Of a stretch of DNA of 43,355 nucleotides, positions 37,791 to 43,355 are shown one piece after another. A program made the position numbers and the translations under genes. Each line of letters opens with the position of its first letter. Position 1 is the stretch's first letter. The notes beneath the pieces were generated by a model that did not search any database, had not been told where the DNA came from, and saw nothing but the letters and a program-made list of their open reading frames with translations. Origin of the DNA: Octopus bimaculoides (lineage: Eukaryota); NCBI RefSeq assembly GCF_001194135.2, contig NC_068983.1, positions 8,443,791 to 8,487,145 of the forward strand. Direction: 5' to 3'.

Positions 37791-39022
37791 TAATAAATGA
37801 AGGGAAATGGAACAAGTGCTAGATTTAACTAGTAGCATAATGACCCACCCAAGACACAAGAAAATTACATTAACTATTTGTAGAGCAGAATTTTCGTTTG
37901 TATACATATATTCAGTTACAAATAAGCCCATCACTTTTGATGGGTACCAGATAGTTTACATCTGAGCAGCTACTTGAATGGCTGCAATCATTAACTATAA
38001 CCAATTAAACGATATTGAAATATATGCTAATTTAATCAAATACATTATTTTTGGTTTTATTTCCAATCGCCTGCAGTTTCAACCGAACACTCCTAGCATA
38101 ATTTATGAAGTGGGTAATCTAAAATAGAAGAAAAATTATTTAGGATGGGAATATTTGCTCTATAATTCTATCAACTTTTATATGATAACATACGAGCACA
38201 CACACACACACAAACACACACAGACACACAGACACATACACAAACACGCGCGTACACACAGAGTAAATTTAAGGAATGTTATTAACATATGAACTAGTTC
38301 TCAAAGTGTACCTTCTAGCGTTGAATATTTTATATAACCAAACAAAACTCATTAAGGAATTTCGGATGAATTTTGCCATTAGTTATTTTAACTCTCTCAC
38401 ACAAACGCATACATACATACATACATACATACATACATACATACATAAATAACTACATACATATATACATATAAAATATCTACATTCACCGACATATGTA
38501 TATATATATATGTATATGTGTGTGTGCGTGTGTTAAATATTAATGAGACATCCCAAATGAAGAAGAATTTCCTGGTTGAATCATACCTCAGCTAAATATT
38601 CTATTAACCTTCATCTTCGTACGAGCTTTATGCGCTATTAATAAACTAATTAGGGTTGAGCGATAAATATTCAGAAATAATAATTGAAATGCAATAAATA
38701 TTTCGTGAGAAACAATGTAAAAAATATCAATTTCTAATCATATATTCATTTATTCTATGATTCATGTCAGTAGTTGGTTTACGATTTGACTTGTGTATCG
38801 TTTATCTCCATCGAAGAGGCCAAACGCAAAAGAAACCGATATTATGGTGCAGTTTCGAGTTACAGCTTTGGTAATTTCAGTTAATTTTTTACAGTCTTTG
38901 GTAAAACCATAAATAGGTTATTTCACCTACTTCATTAAAATATTTTCTCTCAGATATGAATGAATCAGGTGCATATAGGACTCCCATTGGAATCAGAATT
39001 AAGTTGTATTCTAAATGTCAAT

Positions 39023-39090
39023 TATAGGTGTTACCTATATTATAGGTGTTACCTATATTATAGGTGTTACCATTTAACTATAGGTGTTAT
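39023..39090. repeat. 18-bp tandem repeat with a palindromic unit
   Basis: TATAGGTGTTACCTATAT occurs as two perfect copies plus two degenerate copies. Confidence 0.9.
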
Positions 39091-39946
39091 CATACTTTAT
39101 ACGCGTTACCATTTAATTCAAATTACAACATTACGATATAGGGAAAAGAAGGAAAAACACCTCACCCTAAAAGAATTAAGTTATTATTTTTGTCGAAAAC
39201 GGCATTTATATCTGGCACGTTTTCTGCAAGCTGCTGTCGGTTCGATATGGTTTAACCTTTTGGCTTGATCCCTTTCCATCTCTTTAAATACTGTAACAGA
39301 GTAAGATATCAGAATGATCCGAGTGTAGATATGCATCAGAAATCCCTATCGGTTCATAAAGTAAGATTAGCAATGTTTGTTAAAAAGCATTAGGCTATTC
39401 GGCAATCAGTCAAGTTTATTGTTTATATCTTGGTATTGTATCTACATTAAGTCTATGCTGAATGAACTTAATTCTTAGTATCAAGACCGGTTTGGCTAAG
39501 TATGTTACGAAGGAGTGTATAAGCCAATTGCTATAATTGCCATAGTTTCATTACAAGTTATTATTTTGATTTCATTCATGAACCATATCCAGAGTAAGAT
39601 GTGTGTCTATATTTGAAATGTGTCAAGAATGGATGTGGTGCAGTCTATTAATTTGAAGAAATTCGTAAACACCTGGTATAAGGTTCACCGAGCAAAGTGT
39701 GTATACGACGACGATGGAAACTAGTACTTTGTTATAATAACAGCGCAATGAAACCTGTAACATATTTCAGTAGAATGTGTATTTCATTCTTCTCTCTTCC
39801 ACCTTCGGAATAATGCTGAAGGAAATCAATATTAAGTCCATTGCTTGTATTGGTACCCATACATATATAGATACAAATAAACATGTGTGTATATATATCT
39901 GCATATAATATATATATTTATATCTATGTGTGTGCAAACAGAGACA

Positions 39947-39993
<47 letters not shown>

Positions 39994-40695
39994 TTATATA
40001 TAAATATAACTTTATGTTTATGTATGTGTGACAGTGTGTGTGTGTGTCTGTATGTATGAGTGAATACACGCGCAGATTCGCAAACATGTATACACAAACA
40101 TATATTTTTGTGACATATAATAACACAAAATAATATTTAAATGAAGATATATAATTTGATAACTGCGAACCATTGAAACCAGTACAACTGGTGGCGTTGT
40201 CAGCTTATGAAACTATAACTTCTGAAAATCAAACACACACATTCATACATACAAACACACACACACACACACAAACACACACTCTCTCACACACACCCAC
40301 ACGCACAAAGATGTACACGTAAACACACTAACCATGAAATTGGAAGCTACATCCAAATATATGATTTATTAACTAAAACAAGGTGATTATGTTCTTTGAC
40401 AGCCAGATAATTTCTATTTCAGTTTTCACAAAAGTAAATGCGGCATAAGTTATAAACTACGTCTGTATGTTCGATTAATTTTATATTTGACTTCATCGTT
40501 ATCATGTAATTATTGTCTTTTGTTGCTGCTTGAAATTGTAATGTTTGTTGCCGTTGCTGATGTAGTTTACCTTAGAATATTTTTCATTGTTTTTCATATC
40601 TTTCCTATGTATTTAGAAAGCACATAAAGCACAAATCTAATGAAGTATACATATATAAGCAAACATATACGTACATGTGCATATGTGTACATGCC

Positions 40696-40758
<63 letters not shown>

Positions 40759-41031
40759 ATACATAGTTAATACAAATCAACTAACAATTGAAAAACAAAG
40801 AAAAGAAAGAAAAATGGAACATAACGAATGTGAGCACGTGCACAAGAAGTATACTAATTAGACGGTCGGTGAGGGGCAAGAGGTGTTGTTAACGTCTCGT
40901 GCATAGCTCTTCGTCGGAAACAGGGATATCGAAAGAGAAAGAACGTAAAATAAGGAATAATCACCAATAGTCCACGTGTGGATTTATATATGTGTGTGTG
41001 TGTGTTTGTGTATGTATGTACGTAAATAAAT

Positions 41032-41070
<39 letters not shown>

Positions 41071-41119
41071 TAAACAAAGAGACGCACATCGTCTCCACAT
41101 ATATTTAGTATTTATAAAT

Positions 41120-41291
41120 CACAGTACGGGTGTGTATATTTACTAAAGCATACATTTCGACAATTCTCAACCGATTTTCACCAAACTTTACACACACATT
41201 ACTTATTTCAAGGATGTTCATGCACTATAACATTTTACCCAGAGTTCCCGCATAAATGGATAGACCAGGAAAAACGGTGGTTTACACTAGT
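41120..41291 (+). mobile_element. Possible non-autonomous Helitron-type remnant
   Basis: CAACCGATTTTCACCAAACTT resembles a motif common in Helitron/HINE elements, and the segment ends with CTAG|T (41287-41291) after a weak subterminal hairpin. Confidence 0.4.
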
Positions 41292-41418
41292 TTTTGTCTA
41301 TTTTGTTGTATGTACATAGTTTTCTTGCATGCACAGTTTTCCATACTTTTTAAATCTATATCGTCGTATATTTTGACATTAGAGAAATGTTTTAGCGGTT
41401 TTCACATATTTTTTTTAT

Positions 41419-41615
41419 TTATTATTTATTTATATGTTGTAATTGTGTATTATATCTTGGTTAGAAATATTACAAAGTGAAAGGATTAGTCTATTTATTC
41501 CGACTGTCCACTTCTTATTATTTATTTATATGTTGTAGTTGTATATTATCACTTCATTAGAGAATGCTATAAAAGTGAAAGGATTTTTTTCTCTTTATTT
41601 ACTTCGACTGTCTAC
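41419..41615. repeat. Diverged 96-bp tandem duplication
   Basis: TTATTATTTATTTATATGTTGTA...AAAGTGAAAGGATT...TTC(C)GACTGTC occurs twice. Confidence 0.85.
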
Positions 41616-42294
41616 CTGCGACGGAGATTAAAGTGACTAAGGATATCCAATACCAAACAATCTTAATCTCCATATTTAAGCTGTATTAAACTTTAGCAAG
41701 CTTACCTTTACCTATTCTGAGTTACTTGAAAGATGATGTTCCCTTCTCTCTCTTTGATTTGCTGACACATTTGTTTACCTACCAATGCGTTGTTTCGCTT
41801 TAAAGATGCTTATTTACCCATCCATTATGATATTTCGAACGCGAAATCTTTCACTGCGAACTGCTAAAGCTCCAAAGCAGTATTCGTAACCTGAAGTCAA
41901 ACTCTTCATGTCTTCATTGTTCCTTACCTGAAGTCAATTCCAGAGTGGTCGTATACTGTAAACACGTAGCAAATACGTTCCCTTAATTCTACTTTTTCAA
42001 GTACTATATTGCCATTTTTGAACGTACCACTCATACTTCTCTTCGAAAAAAAATAGCTCCCTTTGCTGTTGAATAAAATGAATTCGTAGAGGGTAAGTTT
42101 CAATGTATTCCTTCAATTGCCTTACACCATTTATGCGGCTGATTCTGACAAGAAATTTAGCTTTAATGTAAAACAACTATATTTTGTAGTTATTATCCAT
42201 AATCTACTCCCCAAACACTTCAGTAGCTCTACTTTGCATCGCTTGCCAACTTATATGTTCTATGATCATTAAAGTGCAACGACTTCCACAATAA

Positions 42295-42735
42295 CCCGCC
42301 TTCAAATCGGTTTTCTGTTCCGAGATTAATCGGAAATGTAGGTTGCCGTGCTACTCATAAATCTCGGTAATTCAATTATTTGGTGAAAAAAAATACCCCC
42401 AAAGCAACTAAAACATTTCAATGGACGGGCGTGTTTTCTAATATATATATAAAACAATCTATTTTTTTTTTATATACCAGAAATACCTTACAACAAACTA
42501 TCTATTTTTTATGCTGGCAAGAAGATGTTTGCCTAATAGCCAGCCTTCCCTTTGGTTTTCTGTTCCTAGATTAATCAGACACGTAGACTGCCGTGATGCT
42601 CATAAACCTTCTCGGTAGTTCAATTATTTGGTGAAAAATACCCTCAAAGTAACTTAAACAGTCCAAAGAAAGGGCGTGTTTGGTAGAATATATATAAAGC
42701 AATCTGAATTTTTATATACAAGAAATGCGTTACGT
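42295..42735. repeat. Diverged ~245-bp-period tandem duplication
   Basis: Shared blocks GGTTTTCTGTTCC.AGATTAATC, TGCCGTG, CTCATAAA, CTCGGTA.TTCAATTATTTGGTGAAAAA, GGGCGTGTTT, TATATATAAA and TTTTTATATAC occur in the same order in 42295-42500 and 42540-42735. Confidence 0.85.
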
Positions 42736-43268
42736 AAGGTAAAATTATAACCGTTTTATTTAGCAATGATTAGGTATGTCAAAAATTGGTACCGGTTACA
42801 AGATCTACTATAAAAATCTAAGAATTATATTCGTATAAATGTTAAGGTTTAACATGTATTAATGTAACAAGAATCATAATGCGACTCCTTTATTTCGTTG
42901 CATTGCGTTAGTGCTCCTTTCTGGCGACGAAAACGGTTATTGTGAAATACTGATATGCTCTAACATAAATCGTCTTAGAACGTACTCTCAGCATGAATAA
43001 AAAATGAGCTACCGTGCAGTATATGTACATAGATATATCATAGATATATGTGTGTATGCGTGTGTAAGTGTATGTGTGTGTGCGTGTGTGAGTGCGTACA
43101 TGTGCGGGTGTGTGTTTGGTGTGTATTTGTCTGTATGTGTGTCAGTCGAATTATGAAGTCGAACCTAATAACTATATTCTGAAATCATTTCATACGTACG
43201 TGAAAAGTATATATGAAATGAATTCAAAATATCACTATTTGGTCTGATCTCAAGAAATTTATATACGT

Positions 43269-43305
<37 letters not shown>

Positions 43306-43355
43306 AACACACACACATACACACGCATATATATACACAGAGTGAGTGAGAGGGA

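Noticed and set aside
38773-39028. Possible exon pair (…EEAKRKRNRYYG…|DMNESG…) around an 83-nt GT-AG interval (38871-38953)
   Set aside because: No recognisable domain, a stop after 24 codons and no supporting neighbouring exons; it cannot be distinguished from chance without RNA-seq.
29782-39268. ~100-aa non-repeat ORFs at 29782, 36200 and 38960
   Set aside because: No motifs, composition typical of AT-rich non-coding DNA, and lengths within chance expectation; the 38960 ORF is partly the 18-bp repeat.

Overview
This is AT-rich, repeat-dense eukaryotic non-coding DNA with 11 assembly gaps (about 4 kb of N), most of them flanked by microsatellites. I found no host protein-coding gene, functional RNA gene or CRISPR array that I can support, and most long ORFs in the track are microsatellite or N artefacts. 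The SINE families and the microsatellite density suggest a coleoid cephalopod (Octopus-like) genome; this is inference from recalled repeat sequences, not a database match. Recognisable content: a Penelope-like retroelement remnant with a tandem upstream repeat, a decayed RTE-clade LINE, two pieces of an R4/Dong-like RLE LINE, many tRNA-derived SINE copies from at least three families, and several tandem duplications. The most notable structures are two neighbouring DNA transposons: a 1.6-kb Tc1-like element with DD36E spacing (19626-21241) and a 570-bp mariner derivative (22265-22833). In each, the left end is a long inverted copy of its own transposase 3' end, making a large fold-back.
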